From positions 1-35,486 of the IMG/VR virus record IMGVR_UViG_2724679238_000015: a stretch of DNA of 35,486 nucleotides; one strand, written 5' to 3'. Below, piece by piece: positions 1-7,923 of the stretch. Position 1 is the stretch's first letter, and every line of letters begins with the position of its first letter. The notes beneath the pieces were generated by a model. The model was not told where the DNA came from, ran no database searches, and saw only the letters and a list, made by a program, of their open reading frames with translations. Made by a program: the position numbers and the translations under genes. This DNA is from a virus. Taxonomy: Duplodnaviria; Heunggongvirae; Uroviricota; Caudoviricetes.

Positions 1-1002
1 TTACCCTCTATTGTCAAAAGGGTTCAATTCAACTGCAGCCTCTAAATGACCTGGAGCAAAATGCGCATAACGCATAGTCATTTTTATATCGCTATGCCCC
101 AGTATTTTTTGCAACACAAGAATATTTCCTCCCCGCATCATAAAATGACTGGCAAACGTGTGACGTAGCACATGAGTTAATTGCCCATCAGGAAGCTCGA
201 TCTTCGCTCTCTTAATTGCAGCGTCAAAAGCCTCATAACATGGTGAAAATAACGCTCCTCGTTTTTTAGGAAGCATAGCCTGCAATTGAGGTGAAATCGG
301 TACAGTGCGGTTCTTCTTTCCTTTAGTTTTAACAAATGTGATTCGACCGGGCAGCACTTGAGATTGCTTTAATCCTTCAGCTTCACTCCACCGAGCACCA
401 GTCGCAAGCCCAATACGGACAACAACCCCCAAATCTTTATTCCGTGACTCATCACACGCAATCAGAAGGCGTTCAATCTCATCTACATACAGAAACGCCA
501 ATTCCTTTTCTTCCTCACGAAACTTGCGAATGCCAGTCAGGGGGTTTTCACCAGACCACTCCCCAAGGCGCTTCAGTTCGGCAAAAACAGCATGTAGATA
601 TGACTGCTCGCGATTAACGGTTGCTTCACTAAGTTTTTTCTTCCCCTTGGGATTCCATTCTCCTGATAACCTCCTTTCCCGATAAGTAGCAAACATATTT
701 TTGTCAAACTGAGAAGCAAATGGATCTCCCAGCCTAGAACAAATAGACTCAAGTTTGACTTTGCGCTCTGCACCAGAGGACAAGGTTTTACCGTACATCT
801 CAAACCAACGAGCAACCAACTCAGAAAGACGAGGACCAGAACCATCTTGAAACTCGTCTCCAACTCTACTATTCATTAAACGGCGCTCATAAGAGAGCGC
901 CTCACTTTTTGTCGCAAACTGTTTACGAATACGTTTTCCCGATGCCCCGTAAGGATAACATTCGCAAAGCCATTTACCTGATGGAATCTTACGAACCGAC
1001 AT
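1..1002 (-). CDS. int: tyrosine integrase, phage 186/P2 family
   Basis: 333 aa. N-terminus MSVRKIPSGKW...GKRIRKQFATKSEA and C-terminus LTHVLRHTFASHFMMRGGNILVLQKILGHSDIKMTMRYAHFAP closely match my memory of phage 186 Int (catalytic R..H..R..Y region). Its stop codon is the first 3 bases of the window. Confidence 0.9.
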   Translation of the reverse strand: MSVRKIPSGKWLCECYPYGASGKRIRKQFATKSEALSYERRLMNSRVGDEFQDGSGPRLSELVARWFEMYGKTLSSGAERKVKLESICSRLGDPFASQFDKNMFATYRERRLSGEWNPKGKKKLSEATVNREQSYLHAVFAELKRLGEWSGENPLTGIRKFREEEKELAFLYVDEIERLLIACDESRNKDLGVVVRIGLATGARWSEAEGLKQSQVLPGRITFVKTKGKKNRTVPISPQLQAMLPKKRGALFSPCYEAFDAAIKRAKIELPDGQLTHVLRHTFASHFMMRGGNILVLQKILGHSDIKMTMRYAHFAPGHLEAAVELNPFDNRG

Positions 1003-1007
1003 TTTAG

Positions 1008-1355
1008 TTACTTATCACATAAATCAAATGCAGCCTTAGTGACATCTCCCAGATTCTTTTTTAACCCTGGGGCGGCATCATTATCCAGCCAAAATGGATT
1101 ATTGTTATCTAACGGTAACGCACCAAATGTTTTACCTTTTATTCGAGCCAAACCTGTAAGCGCATATAACTTATTATCGTCAAAATTCATCACATAAGGA
1201 TTACCATCTAGACACTGTAACTGAACCTCATCAGTATTAAATGGCCATACCCCATTGAAACTCTCACGTTCAATATTTTTAAAAGGCATTGCGACGGCAG
1301 AAAAAGAAAACATAGATAAAAAAGTAACTAATAGTTGAACCTTTTTTACTTTCAT
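1008..1355 (-). CDS. small secreted protein of unknown function (signal peptide), cargo in the repressor-int operon
   Basis: 115 aa. N-terminal MKVKKVQLLVTFLSMFSFSAVA looks like a Sec signal peptide. GAGGT RBS. Only 5 bp from the int start, so probably co-transcribed. Confidence 0.6.
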   Translation of the reverse strand: MKVKKVQLLVTFLSMFSFSAVAMPFKNIERESFNGVWPFNTDEVQLQCLDGNPYVMNFDDNKLYALTGLARIKGKTFGALPLDNNNPFWLDNDAAPGLKKNLGDVTKAAFDLCDK

Positions 1356-1384
1356 ACCATTACCTCAATTTAGCTCAAGTAAGA

Positions 1385-2035
1385 TTACAAATTAAAAAAC
1401 ATCCTAGAAATGGCACCACCTACCAAACCCCCTACGCAGATAAAGAATATTATTTCTTTTGGATAAAGTCGGATTAATTCTGAAGCACGAAGTCGGACTT
1501 CTGGTAAGGTCGAATTCTCTGTGTTGCTTGATACCGATTGTTGCTCTAACCACGACAATGCAGACTGCAACTGAGAACGAGTAAGATCGTTTAAACGTCC
1601 TGTACCGAAATTGATATGGCAATACCGCAGAAGTTTTTGTCGAAGTCCACAGTCTTCACTGTTACGTAGTAATAAACTTACAAGAGCCTTACAGGCATCA
1701 TGATCTTTACATCGCTCAAGCATTGCATGCAGAAAACTCTCCGCTGTTTTATATTGATTTACTGTCATATCATCAATACCAGCTACACCAATCTCCGCAT
1801 GTACTTTTTGCCAAATAATAAACGCTTCAGTATTGCTAGCTTCTGCAATAGCAGCAACCAAGCTATTTAGCTCCTTACGCTGAGCCTTAAGCAAAGGGCG
1901 ATCGTCATCATCATTATTCGAAGGGATTGCGATATTGACGGTATGAGAACCATCATATCGCCCTATCTGAATATTCTTTTCGTGAAAATCACGCCCAGCA
2001 ACGCGATTGTTTGAACCGTTTGAGTTGACGGCCAT
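1385..2035 (-). CDS. C-terminally membrane-anchored protein of unknown function, cargo in the repressor-int operon
   Basis: 216 aa. GGGAGG RBS 5 nt upstream. Single hydrophobic segment at the extreme C-terminus (IIFFICVGGLVGGAISRMFF). N-terminus carries the motif GSNNRVAGRDFHEKN also present at the C-terminus of the upstream HTH protein. Confidence 0.6.
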   Translation of the reverse strand: MAVNSNGSNNRVAGRDFHEKNIQIGRYDGSHTVNIAIPSNNDDDDRPLLKAQRKELNSLVAAIAEASNTEAFIIWQKVHAEIGVAGIDDMTVNQYKTAESFLHAMLERCKDHDACKALVSLLLRNSEDCGLRQKLLRYCHINFGTGRLNDLTRSQLQSALSWLEQQSVSSNTENSTLPEVRLRASELIRLYPKEIIFFICVGGLVGGAISRMFFNL

Positions 2036-2050
2036 GTCACCTCCCTACTA

Positions 2051-2455
2051 TCACCTACCCTTAGTTTCGTTATAGTCACGCCCAGCGATACGGTTATTAC
2101 CGCCAGAAATATTTAACTCACGTCCTGATGGCTGAGTTTCCTTTTCACTGGCCGCACCTTTTAAAGCCCCGATCACCGCGTTTTTCACATCTAACGAAGC
2201 TGCTCGAAAGCGAGTAATCAACTCCTGCTCATCATCGTTATAAGTTTCAGGTGAGTGAATTCCCAACACAACATACTGAACATCAAGGCCAAAACGAGAC
2301 AGCGCTGCCAAATACGCAGCATCAGGAAAGCTATCTCCTTTCTCATATCTAAGCTGAGTTAGCTTTTTGACTCCACCAATGTCGCTCATAGCAACTTGAC
2401 TAAGTCCCAATCTTTCCCTTTCCTCACGCAACCTCTGACCAATATCATTTTTCAT
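2051..2455 (-). CDS. XRE-family helix-turn-helix repressor, candidate immunity repressor
   Basis: 134 aa. N-terminal QRLREERERLGLSQVAMSDIGGVKKLTQLRYEKG is a typical XRE HTH. Divergent from the early operon across a 75-bp control region, the position of cI in 186-like phages. Confidence 0.7.
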   Translation of the reverse strand: MKNDIGQRLREERERLGLSQVAMSDIGGVKKLTQLRYEKGDSFPDAAYLAALSRFGLDVQYVVLGIHSPETYNDDEQELITRFRAASLDVKNAVIGALKGAASEKETQPSGRELNISGGNNRIAGRDYNETKGR

Positions 2456-2470
2456 ACAAAAACCTTGACA

Positions 2471-2488
2471 GGTATCTTTTTTGATACC
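2471..2488. promoter_or_regulatory. 18-bp palindrome GGTATC-N6-GATACC in the divergent control region; candidate operator next to a TTGACA -35-like hexamer (2465..2470)
   Basis: Perfect 6-bp inverted arms with a TTTTTT spacer, between the repressor start (2455) and the first early gene (2531). Seen directly in the sequence; function inferred. Confidence 0.3.
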
Positions 2489-2530
2489 AAAATGATTTCA
2501 CGAGCTATTAGATGATCACAATATATCACT

Positions 2531-2737
2531 ATGAAACAAGTTCTTCACGATACCAGATCACGCATTCCGCGTAACACCGCCACAGGTCCAAGACTGGCAC
2601 TTCGGCTGTCCCTCGAGGAGCGAGCCGTCATTGATGAAATGGCAGCTAAAGAACAACGCTCATCCTCTAACATGGCGCGCATGATCTTCCTTCGCGGCCT
2701 AGAGCTAACCCAGAAAGAACAAAACAAATCTTCCTGA
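2531..2737 (+). CDS. small ribbon-helix-helix-like DNA-binding protein, first gene of the early operon (Cro/Apl-like role inferred)
   Basis: 68 aa. RLALRLSLEERAVIDEMAAKEQRSSSNMARMIFLRG fits the beta-strand/helix pattern of Arc/CopG/MetJ-type proteins. No clear RBS, so the start is uncertain. Confidence 0.5.
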   Translation: MKQVLHDTRSRIPRNTATGPRLALRLSLEERAVIDEMAAKEQRSSSNMARMIFLRGLELTQKEQNKSS

Positions 2738-2753
2738 TCAGGAGGCTAATGGG

Positions 2754-2957
2754 ATGTCAGGTATAACCATCAATATCAATGTGAATGCCCCCTATGTATC
2801 CCTGCAGAAATATGCAGAGATAACAGGTATCCCTCTTAATACATGCAAAAAGATGTTGGCTGACGGTCGAATTATTATCCGACCCAAACGCGCCAAAATG
2901 GAAAAGCCTGAAGTAAACCTTGTGGCGATGTTAAAAGACGCTTTGGCTAACAGCTAA
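2754..2957 (+). CDS. small HTH protein, candidate excisionase/Cox-like regulator
   Basis: 67 aa. GGAGG RBS 8 nt upstream. YVSLQKYAEITGIPLNTCKKMLADGRI resembles a winged-helix excisionase-type DNA-binding motif. Confidence 0.5.
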   Translation: MSGITININVNAPYVSLQKYAEITGIPLNTCKKMLADGRIIIRPKRAKMEKPEVNLVAMLKDALANS

Positions 2958-2978
2958 AACAATGAACAGAGCATCATC

Positions 2979-3329
2979 ATGAAAAAAAACACTAATATTC
3001 CATACTCCAAATTTCGTAATGGCGTAGAACGCCACGCTAACCGTTTCGCTATCAGTACATCACGTAGCAACACTCGCTACAGCCTGAGCGAAACACACGC
3101 TACACCTGATGGCCATCCCGTAAAACAAATTGGTGAACACACCTGGCTGATTGAGAAAGCTGGAATCGTGGTTCACAGATGCCAACGCAACCCATTTACC
3201 GGAAACCGCATTTTTGCTCTGAGCAACGGCGACAATCAGTTTGGACAGGATTTCACGTTGTACGAAGCTCTGCGCACGGTTGATCGTCTGCTACGCGGAC
3301 AGAATTTCATTAAACAGGCTGATTTATAA
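2979..3329 (+). CDS. hypothetical early protein
   Basis: 116-aa ORF in the early operon; no recognisable motif. Confidence 0.45.
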   Translation: MKKNTNIPYSKFRNGVERHANRFAISTSRSNTRYSLSETHATPDGHPVKQIGEHTWLIEKAGIVVHRCQRNPFTGNRIFALSNGDNQFGQDFTLYEALRTVDRLLRGQNFIKQADL

Positions 3330-3339
3330 CAGGTGCTTT

Positions 3340-3618
3340 ATGACCAAAGACCATGCTCAGGGTGTATTTATCCGCTTTATTGATTTTCGCGGTGAGCTGT
3401 TGTTGCGCGCATCAGCTATTGATGGAGTGGTTCCGGTAGATAAAAGCACGGCCACTTACATTTATCTGAACGGCACACGCCTGACCGTAGAGATTCCATA
3501 TCAACCCGTATGCGAAATTATTAGCGAAGCTGAAAAAGCACGTCAGGTTAATGGCGATAAACCCTATCTCGAAATTATCTGCATGGATTCAGAAGCTGAA
3601 ATTCAGAAGGCAGATTAA
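3340..3618 (+). CDS. hypothetical early protein
   Basis: ORF-track frame 3241..3618; an ATG at 3340 preceded by AGGTG gives a 92-aa product that does not overlap the upstream gene. Confidence 0.45.
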   Translation: MTKDHAQGVFIRFIDFRGELLLRASAIDGVVPVDKSTATYIYLNGTRLTVEIPYQPVCEIISEAEKARQVNGDKPYLEIICMDSEAEIQKAD

Positions 3619-3629
3619 AGGGCGTTGCG

Positions 3630-3872
3630 ATGGATAAAGAATATAAAACTCTCGTCAATAAAGCACTTGAGCGCTTTCATTTTCGCTTAAACGCATCAGG
3701 CGCTCATGCTGAACGCGCAGCCCGAGAGTCATTGACCAGAGCTATCAAGAGTATATACGACACGGCTTTTTACGTTGACGACCCGGACGCGCTCGACGAG
3801 CTTTCCGTACTCGTCTGCGCCGCAGAAAACGGGGACCATATTGAGCCATATAAACTGGGAAATATTGCATGA
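3630..3872 (+). CDS. hypothetical early protein
   Basis: 80-aa ORF with AAAGGG RBS. Confidence 0.5.
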   Translation: MDKEYKTLVNKALERFHFRLNASGAHAERAARESLTRAIKSIYDTAFYVDDPDALDELSVLVCAAENGDHIEPYKLGNIA

Positions 3873-3982
3873 GTATATTTATCTCATGGCTTGTTCTGAT
3901 TATTTCGGTGGCCTGCGCTATTGGGATTATGCGAATTATTAATTCAGTAAAAAAGATTGAACGCTTTTTCACTGAAGAATAA
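3869..3982 (+). CDS. 37-aa hydrophobic peptide, predicted single transmembrane helix
   Basis: ATG at 3869 overlaps the upstream stop (ATGA). Translation MSIFISWLVLIISVACAIGIMRIINSVKKIERFFTEE. Too short for the ORF track. Confidence 0.3.
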   Translation: MSIFISWLVLIISVACAIGIMRIINSVKKIERFFTEE

Positions 3983-4068
3983 CCGCGCAAATAAGACTCC
4001 AGGTTAAATAAGAAAATGTGAAAACAATCCGCATTCGCGGAGGTATTCGCACACGCCAAGGAGGCGTA

Positions 4069-4272
4069 ATGGCAATTAAGCATTTTCCTGTCGTTCGTTT
4101 CACCTCCAGAGGACGTGAATACGAAGTTGACGAACGCCTGATTACCACAATCGACAAACACCGTTCAGAAAAGGATGCACATCACATCTATCTCACTGAC
4201 GGTACTTACTTCTGCGCCACCAACGTGGTGCAGGTGAATCTTATCAGACAGGTACAGGAGTCACGCAGATGA
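4069..4272 (+). CDS. hypothetical early protein
   Basis: ORF-track frame 4018..4272; ATG at 4069 has an AGGAGG RBS 4 nt upstream, giving 67 aa. Confidence 0.45.
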   Translation: MAIKHFPVVRFTSRGREYEVDERLITTIDKHRSEKDAHHIYLTDGTYFCATNVVQVNLIRQVQESRR

Positions 4273-4514
4273 CCATTCTGGACTACATCGCTGCCAATCC
4301 GGGTTGTAGCGGTGGAGAAATCGCCGCAGCACTGAATACACCAACCACAACCATTAATGCGGAACTACGCCGTCTCTGGCGCAGCGGTTCAGTCATAAGA
4401 AAAGAGCGCAAAACAGGCGGTCGCTTTTCTTATCAGGTAAACCCGATGCCGTTTGGGTGTAGCAACCCACTAACCCAGATGTTCAACCAGCTACTGAGGG
4501 AAATCAGAGCATGA
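4269..4514 (+). CDS. small winged-helix-like protein
   Basis: 81 aa. LDYIAANPGCSGGEIAAALNTPTTTINAELRRLWRSGSV looks like a winged-helix DNA-binding fold. Start overlaps the upstream stop. Confidence 0.45.
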   Translation: MTILDYIAANPGCSGGEIAAALNTPTTTINAELRRLWRSGSVIRKERKTGGRFSYQVNPMPFGCSNPLTQMFNQLLREIRA

Positions 4515-4655
4515 GCACCTCCTGCTGCCGGAAACCACGTCGGGCTTCAGCAGCTCATCCGGCAGCAAAACAAACTCCGTTAATTCCTGTTCCGGGCCTT
4601 TCCTGCACCTTGCGGCGGGAGGCCTTCGCACATCTGCAACAAGAGGATTGCCGCA

Positions 4656-5021
4656 ATGATTCTCGCCGAAGACTTTTTTGATTACCTGCTGAAAACCGAG
4701 CGCGATTTTGGTATTCGCGTTCTCGACCGCTATGCAATGTATCTGAAATCACTGCCGGAACAGCAGCTCCCGGACGGCCAGATTGTTATTGACGGGCGCT
4801 ACATGGTTGGTAGCTGCCAGGATGATTACACACTTTCCCGCATCGAAAGCGGCACGCCTTCCGTACTGGGTATTTACCAGCGAACTTCATTTCTGATTGC
4901 TGATGTAATTGCTGACAGCATTCGCATAACACACCGTTATGCCAGCACAGAGAGCACCATGCAGGAAATCCAGCGGCTGGCTACCGTCTGCCACAATGCA
5001 CTGAGCGGCAAGGCGGAGTAG
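4656..5021 (+). CDS. hypothetical early protein
   Basis: 121-aa ORF with AGAGGA RBS immediately upstream of gene A. Confidence 0.5.
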   Translation: MILAEDFFDYLLKTERDFGIRVLDRYAMYLKSLPEQQLPDGQIVIDGRYMVGSCQDDYTLSRIESGTPSVLGIYQRTSFLIADVIADSIRITHRYASTESTMQEIQRLATVCHNALSGKAE

Positions 5022-5026
5022 TCAGC

Positions 5027-7822
5027 GTGGCAACGGAGTACATCAGAAACTGGCAACAACCACGCCATGCAGTCGGTCGCGAGGGAACGGGGGAGCCTGT
5101 CCGCCCCTCCCTTCTTTCTTCCTGGCTGGATGCCTACCGGGCAGAGAACGAGCGCCGCCAGGAAATGGCTGATGCGGCGTTCTCCGCCACGCCGCTGGGC
5201 AATCTGATTAATAAAAACCTGGACGCACAGGAAAAACAGGACAAAGCCATCACACTGGCAAGAGAAGCCAGAAAACAGGCGTGTGGCGCGGTGGATGAAG
5301 CAATTGCCGCACTGCGCCTGCTGCCGTCCTATCTGCGAGATCCGCTTATCCGCCATCTCTCTTTCCTGCGCAAAAAACAGGAATCCGATCGTCAGAAAGG
5401 CAAAAAGAGCTGGCAGGCTGAACGCTACGCGCGCGGAACCCTGCGCAAAATATTCGAACGTCTGGAGCGCACCGACAGACGCTGGCTGACACCGGGTTAT
5501 CGCTCCCTTGCCGGGCGTGAACGCCTGGATGATTTACTTTACCTGCCGCAGCTCAACAAACACCAGATACAGACGCTGGCCGTCATGACAGCGGCGATGT
5601 TCAGCAGCACCTTCGAAAAACTCTGCGATGACTTTGGCGCGACCGATGGCGAGCTGACCATGGATATAACGCTGAAGGCGTATCAGATGCTGGCCCGCAT
5701 GGCGTTACATCTGCACACAGTGCCGCCGCATTATGACGCACTGACAACAGACAAAGACCGGAAGAACGAACCGGACACGGAGCTGCTGCCGGGTGCAATC
5801 CTCCGCCTGACCTGTGCGGACTGGTGGAAACGCAAATTGTGGCTTTTACGTTGCGAATGGAGAGAGGAACAACTCCGCGCTGCCTGTCTGGTTTCCAGAA
5901 AAACATCCCCCTATCTGAGTCAGGACGCATTAAGTGAATTTCGCGCACAGCGCGAGAAAACACGCGATTTCCTGAAAAGTTTCATGCTGGAAAATGAAGA
6001 CGGGTTCACGATTGATCTTGAGACGGTGTATTACGCGGGAGTAAGTAACCCGGTCCACCGTAAGGCAGAAATGATGGCCACCATGAAGGGGCTGGAACTT
6101 CTGGCCGAAGCCCGTGGCGACAAAGCGGTATTTCTGACCGTTACCTGCCCGTCAAAATATCACGCAACAACGGAGAACGGTCATCCGAATCCCAAATGGA
6201 ACGGCGCCACCATGCGCGATTCCAGCGATTACCTGGTTAACACTTTTTTTAAGGCAGTCCGCAAAAAACTGAACCGCGACGACCTGCGCTGGTATGGTAT
6301 CCGCACGGTGGAGCCACACCATGACGGCACCGTGCACTGGCACATGATGGTCTTTGCACATCCTGAAGAAATCGACAGCATCGTGGACATCACCCGTGAT
6401 ATTGCCATTCGCGAAGACCGCCACGAGCTGGGCAATGACATAACTCCGCGCTTTAAGGCAGAGTACGTCGACGGTTCGAAAGGTACGCCGACCAGCTACA
6501 TCGCCACCTACATCGGAAAGAACCTGGACAGCCGCGCCGTGGATGGCATTGACCCGAAAACAGGCAAGCCACGCGTTGATCACGAAACCGGAAAATCAAT
6601 GACCGAGAGCGTGGAACGCGCCATCGGCTGGGCGCGCCTTCACCGCGTCCGCCAGTTCCAGTTCTTTGGTATCCCCTCCCGTCAGGTATGGCGTGAACTC
6701 CGCCGCCTTGCCAGTCAGATGGCCCGCACCCCGGAAGGTCCACAACGTCTGGAAAATGACGCAATGGATGCGGTACTCGCTGCCGCTGATGCCGGGTGTT
6801 TTGCCACCTACATTGAGAAACAGGGGGGCGTACTTGTTCCACGCAAGGATTACCTGATTCGCACCGCCTACGACCTCGCAGAAGAGCTGAACGATTACGG
6901 CGAGCAAAGCGTACAGATTTACGGGATCTGGTCGCCACAAATCGGGGAATCTTCCCGCGTGTGCACGCACCCGGATAACTGGAAGCTGGTAAGACGTAAA
7001 CCGGAAGCGGAAGACAGCGCCCGCGAAAATGGTTTTGACCTTCAGGGCGGCCCTGCCGCCCCTTGGACTCGTGGCAATAACTGTCCCCGTGTACAGGAAA
7101 CAGGCAACAGCGGGACAGAACTGTCGGAAGAGCAACCAACACCGTGGCCGCAGATCCCTGACGGCGTTGATGTGGATGAATGGATGCGCTCACTGAAACG
7201 GCACGAACGTCGGGCGCTGATGCGTTCGCTTCGTAACAAACAGGCAAAAAACAACAGTGATGAAATGCAGAGCTGGACACAGAGCCGCAAACAGCCGCGG
7301 TCTTTGCCTGATAACCACGAGTTACTCGCTAAAGAATGGCGGGAGTCTGCCGAATCTCTCGGCCTGCATATCGGTGAACAACAGATGCTGCGCCTGTTAC
7401 GGGGCGGCAGTCTGTACGTTGACGGCAGCATCATTGCACCGCAGGGATTTGAAATTGTACGCAAACCGGATACCCGCCCGGACAGCCGAATCACGCAGCT
7501 CTGGCAGCGCCTGAGCCGTAATCACGGCGTAAGCAGCACGGAGATCCGTCATAACCCGATCGCCAGCTATCTGGAACAGCTGGGGGCATCAGACCCCGAA
7601 GCCGCCGTACGCCTGGCATCCACACTTCAGCAGGACCAGAACACCATGAAAACACCCGTTACCGTGCTTTCTGACATGCTGCGTGCCATCCGTGACGCAG
7701 AGCACGCACAGAGAATCAGTGAAACCACTGAACGCGCCCGCCGCAAAGCAGACCTGCTGCGGTGGCCTGACCAGCGGAAACAAAAAACAGACAGAAACGG
7801 GATTCACAAATCCCGTAAATGA
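5027..7822 (+). CDS. A: replication initiation protein, P2 gpA-like rolling-circle endonuclease
   Basis: 931 aa, GTG start. Contains the conserved metal-binding block VEPHHDGTVHWHMMVFAH and YIATYIGKN tyrosine region of the P2 A family. The C-terminal ~250 aa is a low-complexity R/Q/E-rich extension. Confidence 0.85.
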   Translation: MATEYIRNWQQPRHAVGREGTGEPVRPSLLSSWLDAYRAENERRQEMADAAFSATPLGNLINKNLDAQEKQDKAITLAREARKQACGAVDEAIAALRLLPSYLRDPLIRHLSFLRKKQESDRQKGKKSWQAERYARGTLRKIFERLERTDRRWLTPGYRSLAGRERLDDLLYLPQLNKHQIQTLAVMTAAMFSSTFEKLCDDFGATDGELTMDITLKAYQMLARMALHLHTVPPHYDALTTDKDRKNEPDTELLPGAILRLTCADWWKRKLWLLRCEWREEQLRAACLVSRKTSPYLSQDALSEFRAQREKTRDFLKSFMLENEDGFTIDLETVYYAGVSNPVHRKAEMMATMKGLELLAEARGDKAVFLTVTCPSKYHATTENGHPNPKWNGATMRDSSDYLVNTFFKAVRKKLNRDDLRWYGIRTVEPHHDGTVHWHMMVFAHPEEIDSIVDITRDIAIREDRHELGNDITPRFKAEYVDGSKGTPTSYIATYIGKNLDSRAVDGIDPKTGKPRVDHETGKSMTESVERAIGWARLHRVRQFQFFGIPSRQVWRELRRLASQMARTPEGPQRLENDAMDAVLAAADAGCFATYIEKQGGVLVPRKDYLIRTAYDLAEELNDYGEQSVQIYGIWSPQIGESSRVCTHPDNWKLVRRKPEAEDSARENGFDLQGGPAAPWTRGNNCPRVQETGNSGTELSEEQPTPWPQIPDGVDVDEWMRSLKRHERRALMRSLRNKQAKNNSDEMQSWTQSRKQPRSLPDNHELLAKEWRESAESLGLHIGEQQMLRLLRGGSLYVDGSIIAPQGFEIVRKPDTRPDSRITQLWQRLSRNHGVSSTEIRHNPIASYLEQLGASDPEAAVRLASTLQQDQNTMKTPVTVLSDMLRAIRDAEHAQRISETTERARRKADLLRWPDQRKQKTDRNGIHKSRK

Positions 7823-7888
7823 GCAAAAAACGCGCCGCGATATATGAAACGCGCACAAAACAGGCAAAAGCGGGATTTCAGAATCCCG
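7798..7888. promoter_or_regulatory. two 18-bp palindromes CGGGATT-N4-AATCCCG (7798..7815 and 7871..7888) flanking the parM-like promoter; candidate parC centromere/operator
   Basis: Both copies have perfect 7-bp arms and are followed by TAAA. Centres are 73 bp apart, about 7 helical turns. The second overlaps a plausible -35/-10 (TTCAGA at 7877..7882, then ATTAAT about 17 bp downstream). Confidence 0.4.
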
Positions 7889-7923
7889 TAAACGATTAAT
7901 TAATCAACATAAGGAAAATCGAC

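Noticed and set aside
2545-2727. 60-aa minus-strand ORF overlapping the first early gene
   Set aside because: Fully antisense to the RHH-like gene and would sit downstream of the repressor promoter on the wrong side; no RBS.
5601-7494. Several long minus-strand ORFs (for example 6453..7280 at 275 aa and 6596..7135 at 179 aa) inside replication gene A
   Set aside because: They are antisense to a well-supported 931-aa gene with conserved motifs. Their translations are Arg/Cys/Ser-rich low-complexity sequence typical of spurious frames in GC-rich coding DNA, and they have no RBS.
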